Position numbers and translations under genes: made by a program
Notes under the pieces: model-generated
The model's input: only the letters and a program-made list of their open reading frames with translations
The model's database searches: none
Told to the model about the DNA's origin: nothing
Assembly (NCBI GenBank): GCA_040954595.2
Contig: CM082588.2
Location: 3,722,156 to 3,786,155 of the forward strand
Source of the DNA: Balanoglossus misakiensis
Lineage: Eukaryota; Animalia; Hemichordata
DNA length: 64,000 bases
Direction of reading: 5' to 3'
Shown: one piece after another, positions 12,967-26,137 of the stretch
Numbering within the stretch: position 1 is the stretch's first letter
Layout: the number at the start of each line of letters is the position of its first letter

Positions 12967-15456
12967 ACATTTCCAAAAGAAAAGCCGCTATCTGCGCAAA
13001 CACTACCCGCATTGTTCAGTTACATCTATACTTAGTGTGACACACTGGTGCTATGGTGTCTCAGTTTCATCCTGCGGATGGGGTCTTGTGTTTATAAAAA
13101 ACTAAATGGATATTCGATTTGTAAACAATGTTGATCATCCATCATCTAAATTATTACAAAATAACCGTGTTGCATTTCGACTAAGCACCTGGCTGGTAAA
13201 ATTAGCAATTATCATCTCTGTGAGCTATCGATATTTAATATATATCTTATTTCTGGCTATGTGGGTGCGATTCACGTTGACAATATTGAATGATAATTAT
13301 TAATACAAGTTTATCAGTGCACCGTGTCCCCACGGCCACGTTGCGCTATTAAACTTGTAGTAATTTAGCTCATATCATGACTTGGAATTATCAACGTGAT
13401 CACATGACTATCAAGAGACACTATAACTTCCCAGTTCTGAATTTCAGTTCCCCACCCACATAATATGTTCATGGGGCCCGGGCCGGTAGTGTACACATTG
13501 TCACAAGGTGAAATGAAAGTCGTACAGTACACGTACGTATGATTCGTGCGTACGGATAATCGCCGTTCCTGGCATTATCAGTGTTCAAGTCAGTTCATTA
13601 TTGTGTTGTTGGACATACTAACACAGTACTTACATCACGTCTTGGTGTAATACTCCGTCTTGCAGTTCACTTATATGTAATTCGCCAAGGTGTGTCTGTC
13701 TGCACTGTACTTACCGCTTGATCATCGCCATGTCAGTTTCATTTCCTGTCCGTAGAGGGCGTCCATTGTACAGGATCCTGTGGTTAGGGAATTGTCATGT
13801 TTTTCGGCTGGGGAGGGGGCTTAGGAATTGATAGTGGGGATCACCATGTTTTGGAACTATTCATTGGAAGAGCTTAGTGTGTTTTTGATTGTGAGCAATT
13901 TAAAATTCGTCATAAAACTAAGTGCATTTTGCACTTTATTGCATATCCATGTGTCAATAGAAACACTTTGAGTCACACATAAAATATCCGTATTTGCTTT
14001 GGGTTTGGGCTGAACCATGGTGGTGAAAGGGTTAATCTGTGAATAACAACACAAGACAGATTTATATCTTATGTTTATTCTGTTTAACCAGAATAAACAT
14101 AAGATTTTCAAAAGAGTTCAAATCAAGCATATTTATTTAGCAAAATTTCCAAAAGAAAAACTGTACACATTAAATAGTCATTTAACAGTCTTAACAATCC
14201 AGATTGTAATGTAAAATTCAATGTAACGGCGTACATAGGGTGTGATTTGAAAAGAAATTAAAAGAAATAGAAATTATTATAATGATAATAATGCATTCCT
14301 ATCGTTTTCTCAAATTAGTGTTCTGGGGAGAACTCTGGGATGTACTGTTACTGCATATAAAATAAATGCCACATTCGACTCTGATAACACACAGGCACAT
14401 ACACATATAAATTACACATTTTCACGACCGCCCTGAAAGTGAATTTCAGGATACTGCCTTATAAATACAATTTTTGACCTCATTTCAAAAGGTCATGGCT
14501 TTTTTCCGCCACTAAGGTTCATACCAAAAACAAGTACACATGTATTGTTCAGCACAAACAACTACAATTTAGAAAGTGGGACCACTTTTTTTGTCTGCAA
14601 TGCCCTCAAATCTCCCCTGCCCACCTCAATATAATAGTACATCCCATTGTTTACAACAATGGGAACAATCCATTCTCTGGATATTAGCGGTGATTGTGAA
14701 AGACAAGTTTTAGTTAACCGATGCTAAAATCATTAGACAACTAGAAGTGCCAGGATTTCTGTCACTTTTCTCATATTGTTACCAATTTCACATCTGTACC
14801 CGATTCTAATATTTATTGTAAATATTACTATAGACGATATTTCTAAAACAATATCTATAAATGTTCAAAGTTAATTTTTAAACTCTGGATTACAACCAGT
14901 TTAATAAATACACAGCTTATTCGTCGACTTCATGTAAATAATGCTGAAAATAAAAATTCATTAGAAGAAAATTGGTTTCACTGCCCATTAAGAAAAAAAC
15001 TCCTATTAAATGCAGTTTGTGGGGGAAAATCTGAATGCCTCTCGATGGCTTTTCATCAATTTCAGTCCTGCATGTTTTTCCCTTTTTTTTCCAAGTAAGA
15101 AATAAATAATACTGCTTTCTTTTACAGCAATCCAACCAATCTTTGGTCATTTTCCACTCTGCTGACTGCCTCTACGAACAGATTGATGATAGAGCTTTTT
15201 ACGGTACACTGAGTGACTGTTGCATTTTCACCATTGAGCCACAAACTTTTAACCTCACAAAAAGCTGCCTGTCCATGTAATCTTCAGCAGCACTAAACAA
15301 AACTGGTGATACTTTGAATAAATGGAGTTCTGGAAGCCGGGATGACAACAGCAGGCTTTGGAGTTTGAGCCTCTTCTTGCAGGGCAAGATGACCGGCATC
15401 AGACGCTTGGCGGAGAAAAAAATCTGTCTTGGCAAGGATGGGCTTGGCGGTCTGGT

Positions 15457-18400
15457 TCAGGTGGCTTCGCTTTCACTGTCACTGCTGCTGGACGTGTGGT
15501 TGTCACGCGCTCTCCTCCGCTCTGGAAAAAACAAATACAGTAAATAGGATATCAGACTTGAATCTGTTAGAGTTACAGCCATTAGCAGTGTGTATTAGGT
15601 ATAACAAATCCAATTAGTAGACTGAAGGACTGAAGGCTAATGAGGGATTCAATGTATAGTTACAGATATGTAGATAGAGCGATTGAATATTCAGTCATTT
15701 GAGGGGATATGTTGCGAAGGGTTAACTAACCTGCTCTGAGATGATTCAGAGATGCCAACATTCGCAACATGAATGACGGGGGCACTGTAATTGTGTCCCG
15801 CGTTTCTTCCAGCATAAGTTCATTAATGCGCATCACCTGTAAAAAAGAAAAACCGAACAATGTCATTCATAATATCGTTCATAATATCATCACGGTTAAA
15901 GAACTTCTCCCCCTGCTCACTTATCTGCTGGTAGGTCATCTGATAGAGGGCAGGCAGTGTTTCCAAGTGCCAATGGTGAGACCTGCATGCACTTGGATGC
16001 CAGATTACCGGGGCAGCAAATCTCCTACCTCATCAGCGGTGCCTGGATACTGTGGATGTTCTTGCAGTGGTGACCAAAGTTTGATGTCATAATCTATACC
16101 ACTGGTTGCCAGCACTGCAATTTTATCAAGAAGAAAGTGAAATAAAGTAAATAAGGACACGTTCTAAATATTTCTTATAAATATTTGTAAAACCATTGTT
16201 TCCTGGTATTAAACATAACAGAATGTGGACTTACAAGCATCAAAGGGATGTGGTTGCACGCAGTTGACAACGTGTTTGTCGCCCTCCAGAAGCATGACCA
16301 GCTTGGCAGTGTAGCGATCCCAGATGAAGATGTGACCACAGTCGGACCCGCTCAGCACGAAGTTGTTCCCCCAGAAGTTGGCCTCTTTGATCTGTGATTC
16401 AGAAAGGAACCAAGGTCAGTCTGTCTCAAGTTCAACGTCAAAGAAAGGAGTCCACCACTTCGTAACTTAAATTAAACATTCTCTCTCTCTAAAAGTTGTT
16501 GTCCCACAAATTGGCCTCTGCAAGCTCTGCCAAATCTCTACACCACTCACCATTGTCCGAGAGTTTCTATGTCCCTTGTATATCCTCTTGATTCTCGGCT
16601 GGTGCACATTCTTCATTTCTTGTTCCTCCTTCAACTTCTGCTCTTTCCTGATCCGGAATAATTCCCGGATCCGGGATTCGGCCGAGTCAGCAGCCGGAGA
16701 GTGCAGTCTCTCCTCTGGTTCCGTCGTTCCGGTTGGCGCAGCACTGCTCAATGTACTGCTACTGGCTCTGAACAGATCGGAATATTAATAAATTTTTGTG
16801 ATTAGTTTTTGGGGGACAGAACTTATCATTTCTCCTGAGCTCTCTACTGTTCCTCTTCCTACTGTTAACAAATACTGCAGGCACCAGCAATGAATAAGTG
16901 CCATCATGATTTACAACCACCAAAATCCCTAACCCTACATGCATCCCTCACGCTACCCCATTGCAAATGGTTTCATCTCACCTGTCTCGGTGTCGCTCTC
17001 TCCTCCGCGACCTTGGTGGCGCTAGAATCAATTCATCACTATCTTCACTGTCACTGTTCTGGTAGCTGGCGGCCGCACTCATGATAATCGCTGGACTCCT
17101 GGAAACAAATCAACACAAAGAATATTGTGCTCATAAAGACGGTGAATCTAGAACCTTATCTTATACTGCACATCTCTAATGACGTCAAAAGCATCTCAGT
17201 ATACCAACAACTTCTGCAAACAGCATTTTCAGAGAGGCTCTTACCTTGGTTCTTGAATCTCGGCTGTACCCTCTGACCTTTGACCTTCTGACCTGTCACT
17301 ACTTTCACTGCTTGCTGGTTGACCAGTTGCTGCTGTTGCCGGTGGTGGTGCATCTTCAGGAGTTGTGGCGGTGCTTGGACCACTGATGCTGATACGTCTT
17401 GTCTGAGTTGAAGGGGCCACGTGTTGCGAAGTTCGCCTTTTCTGTGTGTCAACATAATATCCGTTTATTTACTCTGATTTCCCCCAAAGATTAACCTCAC
17501 TGAAAAGGGGTTTACTGCAACGAGTGAAATTGGTCTTACCTGAGGACATTTGTCTTCAAGTCTGTCTCCAAGGGCGAAAATTCCTCTCGTGTCATCTGAA
17601 GTCGATGGCTGGGCAGCTGGGTCACTTTCTTGGCTTACGTTAGAAGCAAGGGCTTCCTGTTTGTCACTTGCTGAGGGTGTGTCTGCTTCCTGATCTTGAG
17701 GAGGCTTGGCTTCCTGTTCTTCTGAAGGTGATGCAGATTCTGTCTGGTCTGTGGTGTTATCACTGGTATGTTGAGTGACAGACTGTTCCTTGCTCTGTGC
17801 TGCCACGTTTTCCTCCCCTGCTGTTTTCTCCGTGGTGATCTTCTTGGCGTACCACCCCCGATTCTGTTTGCTTTCGGAAGATGATGATGAAGAATCACTG
17901 CCTGCTTCCATCTCGTGGACAGAAGCACCTTTCTGGCTTCCGTCGGGATGTCGGCTTTTCTCATCCTGGGAGCTTTTCTCATCTCTCGGCTGGGTGCCAT
18001 CTTCCTTCGATCGTTGCCTTGGCAACCGCTTCCCCGCTGCTCTCGATTCGCGCTCGTTGTCACCGCTCTCGTCTGAGCTGCTCGCGTCACCGTCGTCGTC
18101 GGCGACGTGACGCGGCGTCTTGCTGGTGCGCTTCCCCGACTGCTGTTTGGGTTTCCGGCGCTCCGTCTCGTGGGAGCCGTCGTCCGATGGACTGTCCGAC
18201 GTGGAACTCTTGTCCGTGCGTTTGCGTTTCTTCTTGATTGTCGCCAGCCGCACGTCGAGCGAAGAACTACCCGGCTGGATGGACAACATTCGCAGTTCAA
18301 CGTCATTCGTCGGGCGGTTCACAAAATTCCATTCATCTTCCTCGCTTTTGCTTCTCTCTTCTCGGTCTGCGGCCGTTCCCGGTTCTGCACTTACAGCTTG

Positions 18401-21400
18401 CGACGGCCCGGCCCCCGAGGGTCCCGGTTCCCCCTCCTCTGGGGGAGCTGTGTCTTCCTCCTTCTTGGTGCCGGGTTTGGGCTGGTTGGGAAAGGCAAAC
18501 TTAATGGTGCTATTCTCCATACCTTCGGTGGTGTAGTGAAGGCTGATGACTGCCTGGGTCATTGCCTTTTCCTTCTTCCCAAGCCCTGGGATATCGCTTG
18601 AAGAATCTGCTGAAATATGAAAACAATTCTGATGATGCTTTTATATATACATGTATACTGCATTGCAACCTTTTGTGTTAAAATTCAGATCAGGGCAATA
18701 AAGATTAATAATAAACTTATAAAGTTATATACATGTCACTGATTCAAAACTGCAAAGTGCTGAATTTTTCTTGCTTTTTCATATCTGAAAATTCATGCAA
18801 GATACAAAACTTCATCTACTTTACCGTCATGAAGATCCTCAGTATTTGTAGCTGCATCTGCGTATGTAACAGTGCCCTCTCTGGGGACATCCCTGTCTCT
18901 CTCTGCACCTTGACGAGTGGAAGTAATCTGTTGATTCTCAGCCGCAGATTCATCACGCACCAAATTTGACTCCTGAGGGCGATTCTCACATGGTTTGTCA
19001 GCCGTTGTGGCAGTCTGCGTGTCCTGGGATGATATAGCTGCTTCTGAATGTCCGTCTGTTGTAGGTTGACGTTCTGGCGCACCAGTGCTGTCAGTTTGGC
19101 TGTCAACGTCTGCAGCTGCAGCACCATCTGTTTGGCTGTCTGTACTAGTGGACGTCGACGCTGAAACATGCACCTGGCTTGCTGCACTTGTAGATGTAGC
19201 AGAGCTGATGCCTATTTGACTGTCCGTGCAAGTGGATGATTCGGCTGACGATGAATCAACTTGCGCTTCAGGGGTGATAACGCCTGCATCGGCAGGCGTT
19301 TCATTTTCTATGCTTGTGGAAGATGACACGGCTGCACTCTGTCCTTCATTATTTACAACAATTGTGGGGTCTTTGGATATACAAGTTTCACTGTCACTTT
19401 TATTAGGTGAAGTCACCTCTTCACAGATTGTCTCACTGTCTGTGGTGTTCTCAAGAGTTGCAGCTGTAACACATTCTAGTGCACATTTCTCATTCTCAGT
19501 ACTGGTTTTATCAACGTTGTCAATGTCTCTCTTCTGATCATCACTTCCCTCGCTGGACGCAACATTTTCTGCAGATGTCTGCTCTGTGGGCGCATCTTCT
19601 ATTTGCACTGTTGATGGTTTGTCTAAAGGGGGTGCTGCAGCCTCTGATCCTTCGCCAGAAGTGGTGGCGCTGTGCTCTGATCTTTCACCTTCTCTGTTTT
19701 CTTTTCTCTCTGGGAGCTCTGTTTCCGGGACAACCGGAGTCTCATCTCCTCTCTCCTCATCCTTATTTTCTGCCGGAGAGGTTTCTGCCGTCTCGCCTGC
19801 AGTTGCTCCATCATTGGACGTTTCCTGAGTCTCAGGGGTCGAGCTCGAAGACCGACTGGCACTTGACGCCCCTCGCCGTGTGGCCACGTTACGACTCGCG
19901 TGCGACGAGGGATCCTCCAGCCACCGTGTAAACATATCTGACATGCGCTGCATCAGTGACACATGAGGAGGTCGTTCACTTTCTACAGACAAAAAACCCC
20001 ACAAACTTACAGTTTTTACATGTTTTGTGATTGATTATAGTACCTGTACTTTCAGGTTAACATACTCAAAAATCTACTTATCAATTCATGTCTAAGTCTT
20101 CTGCCCAATCCATTACCTAGCCCCCAGACATAGTCTGTGGGGACCTACAAAAACCTCACAACAAAAGCAATGGAGACAAACACATAAAATTGTGTAGCTA
20201 CCGGTTGACACTTCACCTTCTTGCCTCTCACTCTGGGGGCGGGCTTTGGGACCGGTGTCTGACCAATCGCCACGCAGACGTAGCCTCTTTACTGGATGTA
20301 ATGGTGGCTGAAATATATAACACGTATTATATTGTATACTGAACTCTACTGTACTGTCCCCCCATCATATCACTATAAAGAGGACATCTATAATTTTTAC
20401 AGAGACCACTACAACATTTAAGGAAATACGACACACGCTGAAATGGCTTACTGGGGTTTCTGCTTCAGACCTTGAGTCTTTGTCTGTTTTTGCTGTTGCT
20501 GCTCCTGAACTTGTTGAGGGCGCTGCAGCAGCTGCAGCGCCTGCGGCAGCCTCGGCAGAACCTGAAGCTGAATCTTTTGCCGGCTTTGCACTCTCTGCAC
20601 TGGTATCTTGATCTGGCTGACGGGGAGTGCTGTCTTTCTTAGCAGGCGCTTCTGACAACGCAGCCTCTGATGCAGATTTCGTTGCTGGTGCCGTGCTCGT
20701 CTTCATCTCTTTGACTTCGCCCTTGTCCTTTGTGTTGAAGAGATAGATGTAGTCCGAGGAATAGCTGACCAGGATTTCCTCTCCGTCCGGAGCATAGCTC
20801 AGAGACGTTGGCCGGCAGTACTTCCGGACAAGCTGCGGAGGACAGAACCGGGAAAACATTCCCTGGATTCCCCGTCCGGTGTAATGCCCTGTTTTCATAT
20901 CAAAACAGATGGGAAAGATTCAGAGTTCTGACACAGCCACTTTCATTGACCCTACTGATACATGCATGTACCAGCACCTGACATTTATCAGTATTTCTCA
21001 ATGCAATAGCAGGGGTGAGACACTAACCTGTTGCCCTGGTTCCAAGCATTCTGCGATCAAACACCCTGACAGAGCTGTCTGAGCATCCAACAGCCAGGTG
21101 ATAGGGTAGGATGGGATTCACGGCCAAGGATGTCACAGCTCTGCGACAGTTGATCAAAATATCCTGGTCACAAGAAACACAGAGTGACAGATCTATGAGA
21201 TTGTGCTTTGACACAATGATCAATGGTTACATCCGGTCAGATACCGAAATACTGATGTTGTGTGTTCTACAGAAACTGTTGTCCACATTTCAATGTATGT
21301 TTTTAGCGTGCATTGTAGAAGACTTGATCAATGCAAATTCTTCAGCGTTTTTATACAGATAGTGCTCACCTCTCTGCAGTCTTCACTGATGCACCTTGTC

Positions 21401-22884
21401 TTCATTCGAAGGTCAAACCACCTGACAGTGCCATCTTCACCACATGACAAAAACGTATAAGCATCATTTGGTACTGTCATAATCTGTGGAAAGGTTTTAA
21501 AAATATGAGTAATGCTAAGGAGTAATCTCCCGTCTCACCCCCCCCCCCACAATTTCAGAAGGTATGCAAGTCTCTGTTAATTAACTTAGATGAGTGCTTA
21601 CTTCATACACAGTTCCATAATGACAATTGAATACTCTTGAACCATACAGATCTTCTCTCTCTGTCTCATTGAATGATATTCTGCCATCCCCGGAACAGGA
21701 CACAACCTGACAAGAAGGTCACATTTACACTTACTAGGTACAACAGAAATGCAAATGTCTGTGGGAAGGTTTACAGCCATGCTCTGATGCTGGATAATGT
21801 AGCATTGTCGTAAGTGAGATCATGGAAATTTCATTAATAACAACAATGAATTCAAGAAATGTAACATTTGCCCATGGCAAGAGTTAAAAGCTGGAATTTG
21901 AATACATGTACATTGCTTTGAAAACTATTTGTGTCAATTTGCTCATTCACCTGTCTGTCCCGAGAGTTGGGTATGAACTTTGCACTGAAGATATTTGCAT
22001 TGTGACCTGACGGTATAGATGCTATGAGTTTACTCGTATGTGGATTGGTGATGCACAGTTTCCTGTCATCGGAGCCAGACAGAAGATACTGCCCATTCTC
22101 ATTCCAGCATATTGTGTTTACCTGAATGAAAGAAAAAAAAAGCCATTTTCAATTTTCTGCATTTCTGAAAGTTTCACTGACTTTCAAAACAGTGGTGGGA
22201 TGACAATGCTGGGCAAATGCAGTGCTGTATAAATACAATATTGTGCATAAATCAATGAAAATTGTATACTAAAGTTTTGTTCCTCTACCATATCTCTGCA
22301 CATAGATACATCAAATCATGCTTCCATTGGTATATTTACATGTAATTACTAGTAATACAGGTCATCAGAGATTTACTTACGCAGCCACGGTGCACTGTTT
22401 CTGTGTGGTCTAACTTCAGTCTCTGCATGAAACTTTTACTGCCTGAAAATTAACATGGAAAACAATTATTTCTGTCACCTGGAGTATAGAACATTGAGAA
22501 GTTGGAAACAAATACGGTGCACCATATGTAAATAAATAAATAAAAGTTTTCTTATTTAACACTTTATTTCATATGTCGATATGAATCAATTGCATTCATT
22601 AAGAAATCATAAATGCAGGTGCCGTTGGAATTTATCATACATTTAAGATCAAACGATTTCATGGCTGTCGCTTTATCGTTTGTTTGGGGCACTATTTCCA
22701 CGCACCACCTAAATATCTCGAAGTTGTGTATGAGTGAAATGAATTCGGTGACATCTACATGTAATAATATGTAACTAATTCCTGGAATGCTTTAGGACTT
22801 ACCTATAACACTGCGTCTCATTCCGGCTTCGTTCTGAAACCCGAGAGAACGCCACTTCAGATCCCACACAATACTGCCATCCAT
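15457..22884 (-). CDS. DCAF6: DDB1- and CUL4-associated factor 6 (WD40, IQWD1/NRIP)
   Basis: [15 protein letters not shown]; [23 protein letters not shown]; [11 protein letters not shown]; [16 protein letters not shown]; [18 protein letters not shown]; [18 protein letters not shown]; [15 protein letters not shown]; [15 protein letters not shown]. About 17 exons: 22803-22884, 22381-22442, 21951-22121, 21602-21706, 21370-21483, 21028-21163, 20452-20888, 20217-20307, 18825-19982, 17540-18609, 17245-17441, 16982-17098, 16551-16767, 16235-16391, 16029-16114, 15731-15836, 15457-15521. Confidence 0.93.
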
Positions 22885-23497
22885 GATTTCGTCTGTGGAT
22901 GCAGTGAAAATCAATCTCGACAGATGTTACAAACCGATGGCGAAGACAAATTTAGACAATCTAGATGGGCACCATTTTCTTTGAATGTTGGGACTGAAAT
23001 CGTTGCGCCATACCACCGGCCAGACTTCCCGCTATTGGCCTAGAAACCGCAAATGCCTGAAATAAAACATTAAAAGCGACTAAATGTTTGAGCTTGTGCT
23101 GATTTTAAGTGACATGATCACGCATAGTCTATTTTTGATATTTTAAAATCCTAATTCACCGAAGATATCTAACACGAACCCACAGATTGCAAATACAATA
23201 ATGTGGTCAGTCACCATATGTCATTATTCTATATTTGTAGTACTGCTAATCGTCAAATAAAGAGAAACAAGATGTGTGTATTAAATTATAAGGGTAAGGG
23301 TGGTCACTTTCTGAATTGATAAAGCTTTATATGTTTTAAATACTTTCTTGATATTGCGATAAATCAAGTTGATTTTGTTGATTAGGTATTTACGAAACCG
23401 GTACTGGAAATTACACGGCCATTTAGTCGCGCGACGTGACATGACCGCCGGCGACCCGTGGACTTTAGCTGCAGCTGTGGTAGATAACTAGCTAGCT
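22885..23497. promoter_or_regulatory. Putative bidirectional promoter shared by DCAF6 and MPC2
   Basis: Divergent start codons are only ~613 bp apart. ATTGG (CCAAT box) near 23034; CpG palindrome GTCGCGCGAC near 23426. Confidence 0.6.
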
Positions 23498-24505
23498 ATG
23501 GCTCTTGTAAATGCTTGGAGGGGAGTTCTTCTCCGCATTGAACGCAGACTTCCAGCTAAACTATTGCCAATATGGAATCATCCCGCTGGTGAGTCACTAG
23601 ATGTGTCTGGTCAGTTCAGATCAACATCATGCACCAAGCTATATACATAAACAAACTCACACATACGATCCTTTCTGATCAGATGAAGATCACTGATCAG
23701 CCTTGAAATTTGATATTAAAACATTAATATTAAAACATTACTACCATAATTTACACTAATGTCATTCTTGCAGGTTTGAAAACAATCCATTTCTGGGCAC
23801 CATCTTTCAAGTGGGTATGTAATTATTTCTTGTATACCAGTAGTAAATTGATAACTGAGTCACTTGACTTGGCTAGAAATCTATTTTCCGTGGTATCTGC
23901 AGTTGTATTTGGACAGTTGACCGTATACCATTTATGTATATATTTTTTTTGCATCTGTCAATCTCTTCTCAGGCACTAGTTATAGCAGGTATTGCCGATA
24001 TAGCACGTCCAGCTGAAAAACTCAGCCCAACTCAGTCTGGGGCGTTGGCAGCAACAGGTATGTGTATTCATAAATACTGTATGCCTTTCGACCCATTTCC
24101 CTGTACTGAGACCCAACTTTGTCTTGACTGCCACTGACTGATTGATCTTTCTGTCTGTAGGTTGCATCTGGGCAAGATATTCCATGGTTATCATTCCAAA
24201 GAACTGGAATCTTTTTAGTGTTAACCTCTTTGTTGGATCCACAGGAATAATGCAACTGACTAGAATTTACTTGTAAGTAGAAGATCATGTACTATACAAA
24301 TACTTTTATGTGCTCTGTGCAGCAATGACCTCAGTACATCTGATGTAGCTTTCATATAAAATGAATGATAAAAATCATTATTTAACCATCTATGCTTTTT
24401 TGTATCCCCCCACACAGGCATAGGCAATCTTTGAAAAAACAGGAAAGTGAACATGACACACAGAAGGCCCTGCCAGAACCAGAAAGCAGTCCTAGCCAGT
24501 CCTAA
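23498..24505 (+). CDS. MPC2: Mitochondrial pyruvate carrier 2
   Basis: Spliced product MALVNAWRGVLLRIERRLPAKLLPIWNHPAGLKTIHFWAPSFKWALVIAGIADIARPAEKLSPTQSGALAATGCIWARYSMVIIPKNWNLFSVNLFVGSTGIMQLTRIYLHRQSL... Exons 23498-23588, 23774-23814, 23973-24057, 24161-24272, 24418-24505. Confidence 0.95.
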
Positions 24506-25055
24506 AGCTTTGCAGTGAATGTTTTTTTTTCATATTATCTCACATTGTGTGGACCTCAGGAGTCAATTAGATGACCAATGACCTTTCATTGCCCAGGCCA
24601 GCAATTATTTTTATCGGGTTGTTTGAGAAAAGGGTCTATATGTAAGCTTATATACTTGACGTGCCATTACTACAATAACAAACTTTTGTAATGGCATTTA
24701 TTAACTTTTTCTCTTCAAATCATGAACACTTTTAAACACTTTATAGTTGACAAACCCATACTTCCTGCCATGCAAACTGTTGTACTGATAATATTTGTGT
24801 GTATATATAAGTAAACCTTTTTATCACATGTAATGATTAAATATCTACAAGAAAAACACGACTTTCATAGAAATTCCAGATTGCCAGTAATTTGTTGTAA
24901 AACATACCCGTGTGGTGGTTACACATGAAATAAATATATAAGTACATTTGTAGTGTTGCTGGCTCTGTTTCCCTTGCTTCAAAATGCAAACTTTTGCCTT
25001 GTTTCGGAAGTGCACAGTAGCTGCAACGTCAGTCAGTCTTTGCAGCAAGACAATG

Positions 25056-25088
25056 CACGCGCGCGCGCACGCACACACCACACACACA
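25056..25088. repeat. Alternating purine-pyrimidine (GC)n/(CA)n tract
   Basis: gcacgcgcgcgcgcacgcacacaccacacaca. Confidence 0.6.
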
Positions 25089-25444
25089 GATTTATACGTA
25101 CAATAACACTACAGTGACAATAGTGCGGTTAAATTCAACAATAAAATGTTTAATAACAATTAACAATCGATAAAAACAAAGTCGATGTTGAATACCGACC
25201 ACGTCTCGTCAGAAACATCGGTGGATGCAGGTCAGACGCGACGCGCGGTGAAATCGACAAGAAACTTTTTGAAAGCGACAACACCTGATATGAACATGAC
25301 AACAGACATCATTAAAACGTTCGGCAGCTTTCCTTTCTAGTAAGTGTTCGTGTCAAATGCAAAGTCTCGTAAGGTTTGTCCACTGGTTAGCTACAGCATC
25401 GACCTCGGCTCCGAACATGGCTGGCGGAAATGAAAGTGGAGTTT

Positions 25445-25813
25445 TTACTTGGAGCTCGTGTATTTGGTTACTGCCTTCGTTCCTTCACTCACTGCATGCT
25501 TGGCCAGTTCTCCCGGTAGAAGCAGACGGACAGCTGTTTGGATCTCCCTGCTTGTGATGGTGGAACGCTTGTTGTAGTGTGCCAAACGGGAGGCTTCGGC
25601 GGCGATACGCTCGAAGATGTCGTTTACAAAACTGTTCATGATCGACATGGCCTTGGATGAGACACCGGTGTCCGGGTGAACTTGCTTCAGAACTTTGTAA
25701 ATGTAGATGCCATAGCTTTCCTTCCTTCGTCGCTTCCTCTTTTTCACCCCAACGTGTGCAGCTTTGGACTTTCCTGCCTTTTTGGCAGCCTTTCCGCTCG
25801 CTTTTGGTGGCAT
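25445..25813 (-). CDS. H2B: Histone H2B, intronless and solitary
   Basis: [15 protein letters not shown]...[92 protein letters not shown]; ATG at 25811-25813. Confidence 0.98.
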   Translation of the reverse strand: MPPKASGKAAKKAGKSKAAHVGVKKRKRRRKESYGIYIYKVLKQVHPDTGVSSKAMSIMNSFVNDIFERIAAEASRLAHYNKRSTITSREIQTAVRLLLPGELAKHAVSEGTKAVTKYTSSK

Positions 25814-25891
25814 TTTCGTCACGTTATTATTACCTCAAGCTCGTGCAGCAGACAGTTCGTGTGAAGATGACGCACGTTCTATTTCGATTTG

Positions 25892-26009
25892 TATTTATAT
25901 TGCGCAGTATGCAAATTAGGGATTCTGGCAGATGCTTACATTGACCAACCACATTTCAGAACGGAAGAGAACGAATGTGGACGTAAAAGCAAACGCTCTA
26001 GATTTGCAT
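25892..26009 (-). promoter_or_regulatory. H2B promoter: TATA box plus octamer (Oct-1/POU) sites
   Basis: Minus strand reads ATTTGCAT (25909-25916) about 10 bp upstream of TATAAATA (25892-25899), the classic H2B promoter layout. A second octamer, oppositely oriented, is at 26002-26009. Confidence 0.75.
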
Positions 26010-26060
26010 TGCAACGAAGAGGGCGCTATAATATGCTAATTACCCACTGCTACTGGCCTA

Positions 26061-26109
26061 GTTACCCAGACGCCTTTGCTTCTTCAAGATGCAAAGGCGT
26101 CTGGGTAAC
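26061..26109. repeat. Perfect 19-bp-stem hairpin, probably a miniature palindromic element
   Basis: GTTACCCAGACGCCTTTGC - 11-nt loop - GCAAAGGCGTCTGGGTAAC. Confidence 0.8.
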
Positions 26110-26137
26110 CAAGACTACTAGATGGGAAATAGTATCC

